Of a stretch of DNA of 64,000 bases, positions 30,054-40,859 are shown piece after piece. This stretch comes from Trypanosoma brucei (Eukaryota): NCBI GenBank assembly GCA_000002445.1, contig CH464491.1, forward strand, positions 2,720,001 through 2,784,000, written 5' to 3'. Below the pieces are notes generated by a model. It searched no databases and was not told where the DNA came from. It saw only the letters and a program-made list of their open reading frames with translations. Each line of letters starts with the position of its first letter. Position 1 is the first letter of the stretch. The translations under genes were made by a program, and so were the position numbers.

Positions 30054-30716
30054 TTGGCATCGCCCGTAGAGGTAGAAAAGATGCCACGCCACCACACGTT
30101 GCCTGTGGGCTTTCGCGGGTCACGGCACTCCGACAGTTGGACGGTGGGATTCTGCAGCAACGAGCGCGACCGCTTACACCACGACGTTGGTGCCACAGAG
30201 GAAGTTGGCACTGTGTGTCAGAGGCCTGAGCAACCGCCCAATCGAAAGCCGTTGTGGCGCAACCAAGCAGGACACCGTCGGTGCCGCTCGAGTAACAGCT
30301 ACAGCCCCGGTTGTCATCCCGTTTCCTCCACTGGTGTCCAACTGTTTTCAACTTTCTTCACAACACCACGGGAGGCGTTAAGGGTTCTGGAGCAATACGT
30401 TCCCTCACAACAGCCACAACAGCGCCGCAAGCGCACAATCAGGGGGCAGCGCCCGGTTTTTGCAGGGACCACCAAGCAGTTGAAATGTGACGATCCCCGC
30501 GTTTGGAGAACTAGCGAGGATACAGAAGCGCAGCGATTGGAGGGGGAGTTGGTACAATTACTGAACACGGCGCGCTTACTCTGCTCCTCACTGCGACAAA
30601 CCACTGCTGCGGTCACTAGTGTCCGAGCGGGTGTACATGTTCTTGTGAGGCAGAGTCGGAGTCTTACCCTTTGGATTTCGCCACTATCATTCCTCGCAGC
30701 TACTCGCGAATTTTAG
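30054..30716 (+). CDS. Possible small hypothetical gene (220 aa). Weak call.
   Basis: It is the only sizeable + strand ORF in the 2.4-kb gap between the kinase and the coiled-coil gene. There is no motif and the composition is only moderately gene-like. Confidence 0.25.
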   Translation: MASPVEVEKMPRHHTLPVGFRGSRHSDSWTVGFCSNERDRLHHDVGATEEVGTVCQRPEQPPNRKPLWRNQAGHRRCRSSNSYSPGCHPVSSTGVQLFSTFFTTPREALRVLEQYVPSQQPQQRRKRTIRGQRPVFAGTTKQLKCDDPRVWRTSEDTEAQRLEGELVQLLNTARLLCSSLRQTTAAVTSVRAGVHVLVRQSRSLTLWISPLSFLAATREF

Positions 30717-31305
30717 GTGTGGTTTTTCATCTAAACAAGTAAGTTCACTACTCAACTGAAGACAACGGTCTGTAAATATGTGGTGTGCCCACCGCAGACC
30801 TTGTATAGGTACGGTACATCAAATACAACGAACTCAAGTTTACTTTTTGGTTTCTTTCTTTACAGGATTGTTCACATACACGTTGAGGAAAAGGCCCTCT
30901 GGTTATTCCTCTAACTTTTTTTTTCAATTCAACCCATAGTATGTTGATTCCACAATCATTGTCTATCCCTTTTGTATGTTTGTATATTTTTAAGTGTTTG
31001 CGTGTGGCTTTTTCCTTACCGCGGTTTGTAGACTTGTTGCAGTGGTTATGGACCTGTGCTGTTGACGAGCCTGACGCTTTTAACTTTCTCATTCTCTGAA
31101 ACTGTGTAACTATTTTACTGTTTCCACAATTCTAACCTGTGTAAGCTCATCCTATAGGGACTTTTTCCTTAAATACCACTCACTGGAAGGTATCTAAAGG
31201 CGTAGGGACACAGGTGCGTCTTTTCAGTCATTTCGTGCACCAACGTAGAAGAGGGGGGAGGCACCTGAGGAGTGCATTTGCAACTGTTGCAAACCGCGAC
31301 CAACG

Positions 31306-33873
31306 ATGCGAGTTAAGCGGAAGAACGCAGCAGCCGAAGGTGAAAAGGCCGAAGCAGCGCGACAGGCGGAGTTGCGCAGGTATGAAGAAGAGCAGGAGCG
31401 CCTCTACAAACTGGAGCTTGCCGCCCGTGAGGCACTCGAAGAAGAATGGACCCGTGCAATGGAGGCGCATCGGCAGCGGGAGATGGAGCTGCAGCGCGCC
31501 ATAACAGAGAGGGAACTGCGGCGTGGCTTTGAAGAACGCGAAAAGAAACTAACTGACGAACTGCACGGCAAGGAGGTAGAGGTGCTGGAACTGCGGGCGA
31601 AACTCTGCGGACTACAGCAGGGCCTTACGACCATCCAGCAGGAGCGCGAATCGGTGATGCGTCGCCTGTCTATGGTTAGCAATGAGCTCGAACTGGCGCA
31701 GATCAAGTACGTGGAATGTGACTCACTTGTAGAGAAGACTACTAATGAGTACAGCGAAAAGCTGCGGGAGGTGGAGCGGGCACGCGACTCTCTCATGGAG
31801 GACCACCAACAACTCCGTGCAGAAAACGAACGACAAAAGCGAGCGTATGAAGATCTGGAAAATCAGTTCAACGAAGCCAAATCAACGTACTTAGCGAAGG
31901 TTGATGAGCGGCTCGAAACCGTTGAGCCCCAAAGTGCCGATGCAGAGACTGCTCTGCTTCTGAAGGTGCTCAATGAAGAGGTAGAAAAACACCGCGAAAC
32001 CGCGCGGCTCCTGCAGGCAGAGCTCGAGCGTAAGGGCCGCGATGAGGAGAAGAGCAGTGTGCTCGTCACCTTGCTCAACTCGCAGCTGGAAAACACCCGC
32101 GACGAGGTGAAAAGGCTGCATGAGGTGTCAAAGGGAAGACTTCATCAGTTGGAAAGCGTTCAGAGCCTTCTAGATTCAGAGAGAGAGAAGGCGAAGACTC
32201 TCTATCGTGACCTTGACGTCGCTCACGCTGAGGCAACGGTGGAGCGACGGCAATTCAATCTTGAGATTGGTGTACATAAGGCGCAGGTGGAGGAACTCAC
32301 AAAAGCACTTCAGCGAGCACAAGGTGAACTTGCAGATACCAAGAACGAATTCGAGGTTTATAAGAACAAGTCAATGGAACGTGAACAGGGTGACCTTCAG
32401 GTGAACATCGCACTGAAAGCGGAGGTGGAGCAGGCTAAGAAGGATTTCACGAAGGTAAATGAGGACCTACGGACCGTAACCGAAGAGGCCTACACAACAA
32501 AAGCTGTCTTACGCGCTGAAGTCGATAGTCTTAAGGTTCGCCTTCAGAGACTACAGGAGAATGCTGAGAGGAGCGAGCGTGAGTCCTTTGAAACAATAGC
32601 AGTACTTCGAGCGAGTGAGGAAAGACTTCTGGAAGAAAAGAACTTTTCTGCGAAGAACCACGAGGAAATGACACGCTCCTTACGTGATGAGATTCGCTCT
32701 GTCTGCAATGAGCGTGATGTATTTAGGGCTGAGGTGGAGAAAATAACTGCGGAGAAAGTGGAGGTTGAAAGGGACCTTTATCAGCGGCTACTTCGCATGA
32801 CGGCAAACCATGATCGGCTTCACGAAGAGGTGGAGAGGCTTACGGGAACGTACTCTTCTCGTGAGAAGGAATTCATCGAGAATGCCATATTCACCAATGC
32901 TGAGAAGGAAACATTGAGAGCGAAGGTTGAGGAACTGACCGCGACTCTCGAAAAGCGGAAGGAAGAGCATGCGAACCATGTACAGCAGATAACTACAGAC
33001 CTGATGGACCTCCGTGATAGACTTGAAAGGGAAATATCTAAGCAGCAGCTTCTACTCAAGGCAGAAAAAGAGCGTGCAGAAGGTGCGGAAGAGGAGGTGT
33101 CGTCGCTGAAGCGTCAGGTTTCGGGTTATGTGGCAGAGGTAGGGCTGTTGAACCGCAAACGGGAAGAAATTGAGGGAACAATGAAGGCTGAGATACGTGA
33201 CCTTCGTATGGAATTGGGTGCGGCGAAACGGACCATCGAACGGTTTGAATGTACACTCGGTGATTTCACATACAAGTCAATTCGAGAGGCAAACGATCGT
33301 CTGCTTCGCGAGGTGGAACATCAACGAGAAAAGATAGCCACACTTAACGACACTATATCTTCCATGAAGGTTGAATCGACCATTATGGAGACTTACAAGG
33401 AGAAGATGCTCTCCGAGCAGAATGAGAAATATTCTATTCATATTCAACACTTGGAGCGGTTGCGGCAGATGATAAACCCTCTTTTCTTCGAGTTGCGCTC
33501 AATTGTCGAGAAGCACGGGCTCGTTGGCCCCCTTCGGCGCGACCTAGACGCGTATGATGAGCACGTCCGCCGCTCCCGCATTGTTTTTTCCCAGCCAACG
33601 GCGAGCTCTCTGCATGTACAGGAGGAGAAAAACGCTACCAAGTCATCTCCTGCTGTTGCTAATTCTGTTGCAGCGGGGGCGGCATGTAAAGAGCCGATAG
33701 GTACGGATATGTTAGTCGGTCGGGGGTGCGATACGCTGCCAGCCGTAGCCCATCAGACAGCAGTCGAATATGAGAAACCCGAACGCATTGCTTTGGTTCC
33801 TCACAAACCTGCGACTACGCAGCAGGCAGTAGCGGAGCACGGCTATCACTATGTGTTGCCTCGTATCAGTTAA
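31306..33873 (+). CDS. Large coiled-coil protein (855 aa), probably cytoskeletal or flagellar
   Basis: Almost uninterrupted E/R/K/L/Q heptad-like sequence over more than 700 aa (ELQRAITERELRRGFEEREKKLTDELHGKEVEVLELRAKL...). Ala/Ser-rich C-terminal tail. Confidence 0.6.
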   Translation: MRVKRKNAAAEGEKAEAARQAELRRYEEEQERLYKLELAAREALEEEWTRAMEAHRQREMELQRAITERELRRGFEEREKKLTDELHGKEVEVLELRAKLCGLQQGLTTIQQERESVMRRLSMVSNELELAQIKYVECDSLVEKTTNEYSEKLREVERARDSLMEDHQQLRAENERQKRAYEDLENQFNEAKSTYLAKVDERLETVEPQSADAETALLLKVLNEEVEKHRETARLLQAELERKGRDEEKSSVLVTLLNSQLENTRDEVKRLHEVSKGRLHQLESVQSLLDSEREKAKTLYRDLDVAHAEATVERRQFNLEIGVHKAQVEELTKALQRAQGELADTKNEFEVYKNKSMEREQGDLQVNIALKAEVEQAKKDFTKVNEDLRTVTEEAYTTKAVLRAEVDSLKVRLQRLQENAERSERESFETIAVLRASEERLLEEKNFSAKNHEEMTRSLRDEIRSVCNERDVFRAEVEKITAEKVEVERDLYQRLLRMTANHDRLHEEVERLTGTYSSREKEFIENAIFTNAEKETLRAKVEELTATLEKRKEEHANHVQQITTDLMDLRDRLEREISKQQLLLKAEKERAEGAEEEVSSLKRQVSGYVAEVGLLNRKREEIEGTMKAEIRDLRMELGAAKRTIERFECTLGDFTYKSIREANDRLLREVEHQREKIATLNDTISSMKVESTIMETYKEKMLSEQNEKYSIHIQHLERLRQMINPLFFELRSIVEKHGLVGPLRRDLDAYDEHVRRSRIVFSQPTASSLHVQEEKNATKSSPAVANSVAAGAACKEPIGTDMLVGRGCDTLPAVAHQTAVEYEKPERIALVPHKPATTQQAVAEHGYHYVLPRIS

Positions 33874-34807
33874 TTGACTCCTCCTTTTAGTTCTCGTAGA
33901 CTGCAGGTGACGGAGTAGACTTCTATGGGTACTTGATTCTTTCACACACCGAAGTGTGTGAAAGACAGAGAGTGAAGGGACTACACAAGAATGAAAATAT
34001 TGGCACCAGAAAGTTCTTTACCCTCATGCTACTGCTCCTGTGTGTGCTTGCACGTCTTTCCTAGAAGAGAAGCAGCAAAAAGAAGAAAAGAGCAAATAAA
34101 TCAGAAAGAGCATCTGGAGAAAAAGAGGTAAAAGATTTTTTAAAAAGAGGGGAGCGGTACCGCATAGTAATTTTAGAGAGAGTAATACTGAGTTACATGT
34201 ATTTGTTTTCTTTTTTTTTTTTGCCGATTTTGTGCATACCACTTTTCCCTTTGTTTTGGTGTACTTGTAGAAAGGGACAATAAAGACGATGTCCCGCACG
34301 CGCCCTTACGCATTTTCCCAACCCCCAAGATGTCTTTTCCCCCCTGCTCACCCTCCCTTCTGTGTATGTATGTATGGAAAAAAGCTGCTTGGGGAGACTT
34401 TGAGATGCGCATGTACATGACTTTGTCTTTTTTAATCAGTCTAATTATGTACCCCCACTGTTAACTCATTACTACTACTTTCTGATGCAAAGCCAGTAGA
34501 GAATGGAGCGGAGATTTCAACGCAATGGGGGGTTCCTTGTTTTTTTTTCTTTTGTTGGAGGGGGAAGTAGGAGAAGAGACTCTGCGCCTCATTTTCAGTA
34601 CTTGTTAGTCTCTCATAAATTTTGCGAGAGACAAAACAATCCCTTCGTCAATCTAACGGCTTCCAAACATCACAGAGAGTTGTGAACGTGGCTTCTGTGT
34701 TCGTACTGCACTTCATCTATTTCTGCTCCACCTTCCTTGCTCCCGATTCACATCTTTGCATGGTTGCCCACCGTTTGTGCATTGCCCCATGAACAACATT
34801 TAATCGG

Positions 34808-37408
34808 GTGGGAAGCCGGGCTCACTTTCAAATAAGGGGTCGGTGCGGGCGTCGCTACGAGTCCATTTGCAGCAGCACTGTAGAGTACACTAATATTAGT
34901 AAGACATTACCCTCACTGAATGTTGTGATGATGGATGCGCAAACGAGTAGTCTTAGAATTGACGTGAGTGACTGTGTTCCAGTGAGCGAATACAGCACAG
35001 GAAGCCCTGACTCCGTTGGGTGGAGTCCGCACAATATTCTGCACGTGGCCACTCAGTTTGCTGTTTTCCTTCACGCGAATGAACTCACAGCCGCTGATGC
35101 TATCATTCGTCCAGTCTACTTGCCCAGGGCTGATGATGCCAGTCCCATGTGCATTAGTGGCGCCAAGTGGGCGCTGGGTCTGACGTCCGACAATATGTAT
35201 CCCTCAACATGTCGGTTATGTGTGCTGACAACACGTGACCTGTTTATTTACCGTGTTGTTCGCTATGGTAATGGTCGTGTGCGAACCAGCGCTGCTCTCT
35301 GTATAATTCCTTCTCAGCGCCCGGCGCAAACTCAAATAGGTGAAACCTCTCCAGATTTTAAGAAATCTGTGAAGAGAAGGGGACGTGACGGCTTAGAGTT
35401 GTTGCTGCGTGGTGACATCGATGAGGACTGTGGCAGTGACGATGGCGGTGGTGAGCCAGTGCGTAGGTGGGGGAACAAAACTTTCGATGTTATCGGGGAA
35501 TGCATAATAGGTTACGAATGGTTTCCACGGGATCTGCTCGTTGTTGTTACCTTTAGAAGTATTTACATCGTTGATGAACCGAACAAGGCAAATAGTGTGG
35601 ACGAAGGTAAAGAGAGCCAGCAACAGACAGAGTATTTACCACCACCCTCTTACCGTTTCACTGGAAACCCCGAAGCCAGCCTACGACCGTCATGTGCTGC
35701 GCGAGTGGTGGGCGCCAACGCCGAGAGCATGCGACTTGTTGTTGCAAGTCCTCTTTTCTTGAGGGTGTTTTCCATCTCAGTTGAAGGAGGTGTAAATCTT
35801 CTGTGCTGCGTGCAGATACCCCTGCTTGGTGGTGTCCCGGCGTCCCTATGTTGCGTTCAAGCCAGTGAGGAGAGGCCAGATATCCGTGTCCTTGTCTCCG
35901 TCCCGTTGCGTGTTATCCACGGAAATATAATTATGTCTGGGGCAGTGGGAGAACCTCACAACCGTGGGGAGGGGTTCCGTGGCGGCAGCTGTGTTGCAGC
36001 GACAGCAGAGCAAACCGCAGAATGGCAGTTGGTGAATGTGTGGGGTTGCGAAAGTGGCTTCGGCGATGACATCACGGTTTCTCGCTTCGTCACTATCTCA
36101 CTGGGTTCCTTTGCACTTCGTGGGTCGGACTTCACTACCCCCAGCAGCGTAGCCGGTGGGGGGCCCTTTGTGGTGCTGGGTGTTTGTAGGCGAAGACTCG
36201 TGGGTTTCTTTGGAAAAAGTTGTATAAATCTCATTCAGTGCTCGCGCATGGATTGCTTTGTACCGCCGGATGAGGAAGGTACAGAATTGACGGGACTAGC
36301 GTTTCATCCGTCTTGCACTTTAGCCGTCGTTGCTTTACAGACTGCTTCGCGAAGGCATCCCCCTTTTCAGCTGTTTCCCTGTCCGGTAGAGAGAAGTGGG
36401 GGATTCTTAGAACGGCTGCTTTACTTTCAGGAGGGGTTTGCGTCTGTTTTTGACGTTGAGCAAAGTCAAGCACGAGGGGTGCATGGGCCGGCGCTTGCCG
36501 GGAGGGTAAGTGCCCTCAATAATCTGCAGTGTAGACAAACATCCACTTCATACTTCATGTGGGAGAAACTTCTCCCTAGGAGTGCGCTGTCCGGCAACTT
36601 TCTGCAAGGTGATGGGCTTCGACAGTACGGCTCATGTAGGTTGCCACTAATTTCGTGTCCAGCATTACTAGATAGTTCTGACACGTCCCCTGGTCTTCTC
36701 GCGGCCTTGAGGATGACTTACCTAAACCTGCGATGCGAGTACGGCATAGAGCTATTTTTGCGGTTTCCTGAAACTAATGCGCTGTGGAGGCAAACTCTCA
36801 TTCGTCTACAGAGACTTTCAGTTGACAGTTATGTCATTACGGAACTTATTCTTGCAAACGCCATTCAGCTTCTTGCAGATAAGGTTTCGTACTCGGGTTT
36901 TCGAAGGGATGGCTTTCAAAAGTACGCACTACCCAATGACGAGTATTCGCTATCCCTCGCGTATGCAGCCGCCTTACAGTTTATAAGGTTGTATCATCAA
37001 ATGTGTGAAGAGAAGGAGGCTGACGAGATGTGGAGCCACTCCGGTGAGTTCAAGAAGCAGTTAAATAAGTTTATGGCTTGTCTCGAGAGGGAGGGAGGGG
37101 GTAATGGAATCAGCAACAAGGGACAACCTGAGCCGGATCCGCGCTTCCCGTGCTCTGTATGTGGAGAGGTGGAGAAAAACAGGCTGAGTTTATCCTTGTT
37201 CTCGAGAAACCAAAACGTACCGAAGGAAGGGGAGCAAACCACCTCCGACTGCTCTGAGGGTCATCACATAACTGCTTTCTCGGGAAGAAACTTTGCGACA
37301 CTTTGCTTTCTCTCTCAAGATGAAGTATTGAGCCAGTGCCACGCATGTTCCGTGTTTGACTACGCGGTGGGACCTTATTGTGGTGTTTGCGAAGGGCTCA
37401 TGGCGTGA
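34808..37408 (+). CDS. Large conserved hypothetical protein with a C-terminal Cys/His zinc-binding cluster. The probable start is the ATG at 34928.
   Basis: Open for 866 codons. The N-terminal two-thirds are beta-rich with WD-like stretches. The C-terminus CSVCGEV...CSEGHH...CHACSVFDYAVGPYCGVCEG carries at least 8 Cys/His spaced like a zinc ribbon or treble-clef. Confidence 0.55.
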   Translation: MGSRAHFQIRGRCGRRYESICSSTVEYTNISKTLPSLNVVMMDAQTSSLRIDVSDCVPVSEYSTGSPDSVGWSPHNILHVATQFAVFLHANELTAADAIIRPVYLPRADDASPMCISGAKWALGLTSDNMYPSTCRLCVLTTRDLFIYRVVRYGNGRVRTSAALCIIPSQRPAQTQIGETSPDFKKSVKRRGRDGLELLLRGDIDEDCGSDDGGGEPVRRWGNKTFDVIGECIIGYEWFPRDLLVVVTFRSIYIVDEPNKANSVDEGKESQQQTEYLPPPSYRFTGNPEASLRPSCAARVVGANAESMRLVVASPLFLRVFSISVEGGVNLLCCVQIPLLGGVPASLCCVQASEERPDIRVLVSVPLRVIHGNIIMSGAVGEPHNRGEGFRGGSCVAATAEQTAEWQLVNVWGCESGFGDDITVSRFVTISLGSFALRGSDFTTPSSVAGGGPFVVLGVCRRRLVGFFGKSCINLIQCSRMDCFVPPDEEGTELTGLAFHPSCTLAVVALQTASRRHPPFQLFPCPVERSGGFLERLLYFQEGFASVFDVEQSQARGVHGPALAGRVSALNNLQCRQTSTSYFMWEKLLPRSALSGNFLQGDGLRQYGSCRLPLISCPALLDSSDTSPGLLAALRMTYLNLRCEYGIELFLRFPETNALWRQTLIRLQRLSVDSYVITELILANAIQLLADKVSYSGFRRDGFQKYALPNDEYSLSLAYAAALQFIRLYHQMCEEKEADEMWSHSGEFKKQLNKFMACLEREGGGNGISNKGQPEPDPRFPCSVCGEVEKNRLSLSLFSRNQNVPKEGEQTTSDCSEGHHITAFSGRNFATLCFLSQDEVLSQCHACSVFDYAVGPYCGVCEGLMA

Positions 37409-38336
37409 TCTTCACTTTTTGGCGTTTGTTTTTTCCTCCCTTTTGGTGGCGTCTCTTTCCCCCGACACGCTTTGCTTGAAGTATGTCAAACACCAAAAGC
37501 GCCCTGGCATGGCGGAAGTGGAATGAACAAAGATTGGGCGTGAGGGTTGTGTGGACTGATCTTCATAACGAACCGTTGAATTACCACTGTGGTCAAGGGA
37601 TAAAGGCTAGAAGGGTTTTGTTTTGGTGTACTTGGGTACCACTGAGAAACGCGTGCATTACATGGAGTTTTGTAACTATTTTTTTTTTGCCATATTACAT
37701 TATATACATATGTATGTGTTATCGCATATTGGTTGTGAAAGCTAGGTGACCACAAACACAAGGGATTGTTTTCCCAACATTTTTTGCGGCATCACCGTTA
37801 CCGCAGCTGTGTTGCTGCCATTTATTTTTCGTGGTTACCCTCACTTGACCACCACAGTCAACAGTCTCCTTGGCTCACCCTCCTTTGACTTGTCGTGTCG
37901 AATGTGTTCAAGCTCCAAGTATGTGTTAGTTGCCTTTCGTTTTACCATATACACACGTGCGCATATTTTGTTGTGTATACATCCCTTCATTACCCTTCTC
38001 TCTTTTCCTATCCTGTAGTTGGTAACGGGCAGCGGACGGTTGCCTTCTTTCCCTTCCCGCCGTTTGGTGAAACACAAAGTTGGTTGCCTCAAAGACTGGT
38101 ACGTTCACGCAGTTTTACAGTCAGAACGACACAAACCTGATTACACAATTCAAGCAAGCAGGTCAGAGGGCGGTCACATCATCGTTATTGTCACCAATAA
38201 CCATAACATATACACCTATCTACATATATATATATATATATATATATTGCATTTCACTCATAGGGATAAGAAGGGAGGAAGCAACAGAGCAAGGTGATAG
38301 GATTTTTTTTTTTGAAACGGGGAGACGTGTGTAATA

Positions 38337-40430
38337 ATGCTGTTCAAACCTCGTGGTGTCACCAGCAACGATCCAAGATATGCTGGCGGGTCGCGGCTAA
38401 TGTCTGTGTCGGATCTTCTTGCGTACCGTGACACGTGGCGCGGGCGACCACCTACTGAGAGTTTTTCACTAGCCCAAATTCTACGAGATGCACGCGCAGC
38501 GGATTGTAAGCCCGTTGTGACAGAAAAACTTGTCATGTCGGAGAACGGCTTCAAGGTTAAGTCCCGTGACTCAATTGATTCGTTAGAGCGTGGCGTAAGA
38601 GCAGTGCAATCTGCCCTCAACAAACTCACTGAATGGAATTTTGACGTGGTAGTGCAGACGGTTCTCACGCCAGATATTATTATAAACAACGAAGTAGTGA
38701 AGGATGTTGTTCGCCTTATTTACGAAAAAGCCCTTATGGAGCCGGTGTTCGCTGGGCTCTACGCGCGGATGTGCTTTTCAATTGTTCGTTTTGAATATGA
38801 GTACCGTACTAAGTTTCTTCCGGGAACGTGTCAGGTTCCCAGTGCCGTGCGTGTGGCAATCGTAGAGAAATGCCAACAAATGTTTACTAACGCGGTAGAG
38901 GAATCCAAGCAAACCATGTCGGAAGAGCAGGCCGAGAGGCTGCGAAAAAGGAATGTGAACAATATCAAATTTGCTGGTGAGCTCTTTCTTAAAACACTCA
39001 TCACGCAGAAGATCATTGATCGTATTCTGAACGAAAGAATATATGAAATGGTTCCCAACGATATGGAGCTGGAGGTGATAATTAACCTCTTGGAGGTTGT
39101 TGGTAAATTATACGAAGAAAAGAATCCGGACGCACAAGAACAGCTGTGGAAAATGCTCTCTAGCATGCAGGAGAATCGGCGCTACTCCATGCGCATACGT
39201 TTTCTCCTCCAGAACCTCATTGATCGACGTAACGGTGGATGGAAACCGCGAGAACCAGAACAAGTCGTTATCGAGGATATTCAATCTCAGCAGCAACCTC
39301 AACAGCAGTCTCAACAGCAACAGCAACAACAACAACAGCAGCAATCTCAACAGCAGCCTCAACAGCAACAGCAACAAGGTCAGAAGCACTATTCCCAACA
39401 ACAACGACACCAGCAAAGTTTCCCACACCACAACCAACCTCAGTCACATGGAGGATATCACCAGCATCCGCCACCGCCGCCACCACCGCCACGTAACTCC
39501 GAATACCAACACACGCCGGGGATGAAGCGAGGTGGCAGCTATCATGAAGTTTCGAGCTCACTTGGAATGGGTGGGCGGTGTTCCCAGAGTACCAATGATC
39601 TTACACGTGGTGGATCATATAACAATATGCCACCACCGGCCCATGGTTTCTCCGACTCTCGACTCGCACCGGAGGAAAGAAAGCGGTTAAACTTTGCTCG
39701 CCCCCCTGCGCAACTGCTTGAAGAGTTTAAGAAAAATATTTTGTTTATTGTTCGCGACGCCGCCGAAGAGGGAATGGCGGATCCTGAGGGGATGAAGGTG
39801 CAGTTGAATGCCCTAGTACCGCAGGATAGTAACGCTCCGATCAGTGAAGTCAGCGTTTACGTTACTCTCATCCGTGCGCTCATGGACGCAAACGAGAGCG
39901 AACGGAAGCTGTTGCTGAGCGTTCTCCAGAAGGGTTCGTTTGAAAACCACATTCTCACCCGTGGCTTTTCGTGGGCCCTCGCCAAAATCATCTCAGACCG
40001 AGATTGCGATGACTGCCCCCGAATCTATGCTCGCTTCGCCGAGGCAGTCTGGAGCATTCCTTCATTTAACTTTCGCTGCGTTACGAAGGACATTGTGTCA
40101 CGCACTGCCATCCATTTGGGTGCACTTTCTGTAGAATACGAGAGCGAGGGCGAGTGGGAGGAGGATTTTATTGCCGTGTGGGAGAACATTGTCACAGCCA
40201 GCGAAACCGGGCGACAAGGGGAGAGTAAGCCATCTGTGGCTGACATGATGGAAAGTATAGCGCCCTCGTGTACGGTGCCATTCATGTGCAACGTCCTTCC
40301 TGACTTTGTTGCCGTGATGGTCCAGGCTCGCTTTTTCACAGAAGAAGAGCTGGGTGCGTGGCGTAATAAGAACAAGGACAACTCAAAGGTGTTCTCGTTG
40401 TTGGAAGAACTCTCAGTTATATATGCGTGA
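38337..40430 (+). CDS. eIF4G-like translation initiation factor (MIF4G domain protein) with an internal polyQ/H/P tract
   Basis: MIF4G-type HEAT hairpins read as LTPDIIINNEVVKDVVRLIYEKALMEPVFAGLYARMCFSIV...VAIVEKCQQMFTNAV...NIKFAGELFLKTLITQKIIDRIL...LEVVGKLYEE. Then 39287-39380 (CAG/CAA)n encodes about 30 Gln, followed by PPPPPPPPR. Confidence 0.7.
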   Translation: MLFKPRGVTSNDPRYAGGSRLMSVSDLLAYRDTWRGRPPTESFSLAQILRDARAADCKPVVTEKLVMSENGFKVKSRDSIDSLERGVRAVQSALNKLTEWNFDVVVQTVLTPDIIINNEVVKDVVRLIYEKALMEPVFAGLYARMCFSIVRFEYEYRTKFLPGTCQVPSAVRVAIVEKCQQMFTNAVEESKQTMSEEQAERLRKRNVNNIKFAGELFLKTLITQKIIDRILNERIYEMVPNDMELEVIINLLEVVGKLYEEKNPDAQEQLWKMLSSMQENRRYSMRIRFLLQNLIDRRNGGWKPREPEQVVIEDIQSQQQPQQQSQQQQQQQQQQQSQQQPQQQQQQGQKHYSQQQRHQQSFPHHNQPQSHGGYHQHPPPPPPPPRNSEYQHTPGMKRGGSYHEVSSSLGMGGRCSQSTNDLTRGGSYNNMPPPAHGFSDSRLAPEERKRLNFARPPAQLLEEFKKNILFIVRDAAEEGMADPEGMKVQLNALVPQDSNAPISEVSVYVTLIRALMDANESERKLLLSVLQKGSFENHILTRGFSWALAKIISDRDCDDCPRIYARFAEAVWSIPSFNFRCVTKDIVSRTAIHLGALSVEYESEGEWEEDFIAVWENIVTASETGRQGESKPSVADMMESIAPSCTVPFMCNVLPDFVAVMVQARFFTEEELGAWRNKNKDNSKVFSLLEELSVIYA
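39287..39380 (+). repeat. Imperfect (CAG/CAA)n trinucleotide repeat encoding the polyglutamine tract of the eIF4G-like protein
   Basis: Direct reading: cagcagcaacctcaacagcagtctcaacagcaacagcaacaacaacaacagcagcaatctcaacagcagcctcaacagcaacagcaacaa. Confidence 0.9.
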
Positions 40431-40859
40431 AGACGGTGCTGTGGAGGGTTGTTACCACCAACTGTACCCGCCTCAACTCTTCTTTTTATTCCCCCTCCTC
40501 TCCCTTCCCCCGCTCCCGCCTTCATGCAGTGAAAATGGTCAACTTCGCGTATGTTTTCGTGGGGCTATGGTTAGAGTTAGGGTTAGTGGAAAGAAAAAGA
40601 TGCGGGGGTTGGGGTGTTTTGTTGTTTCTACTCCCCCCCCCCTGCTACATATACGTATTTATACGTGTATGTATGTGAATATACGTAGCACTATGGTATC
40701 ATCTGTGCCACGGTGGTGAAAAGACGGAGGAGATTTCGATGACTTGGCTTTCCGCTATACACGTGCCTTACGGCATCTATCCTCTTTTTTTTTCTTGAGA
40801 GATTGTTTTCTGCCGCTCCAACTCACCGCGGCTGTGGCTGCCGATGTGAAACGGGAGGG

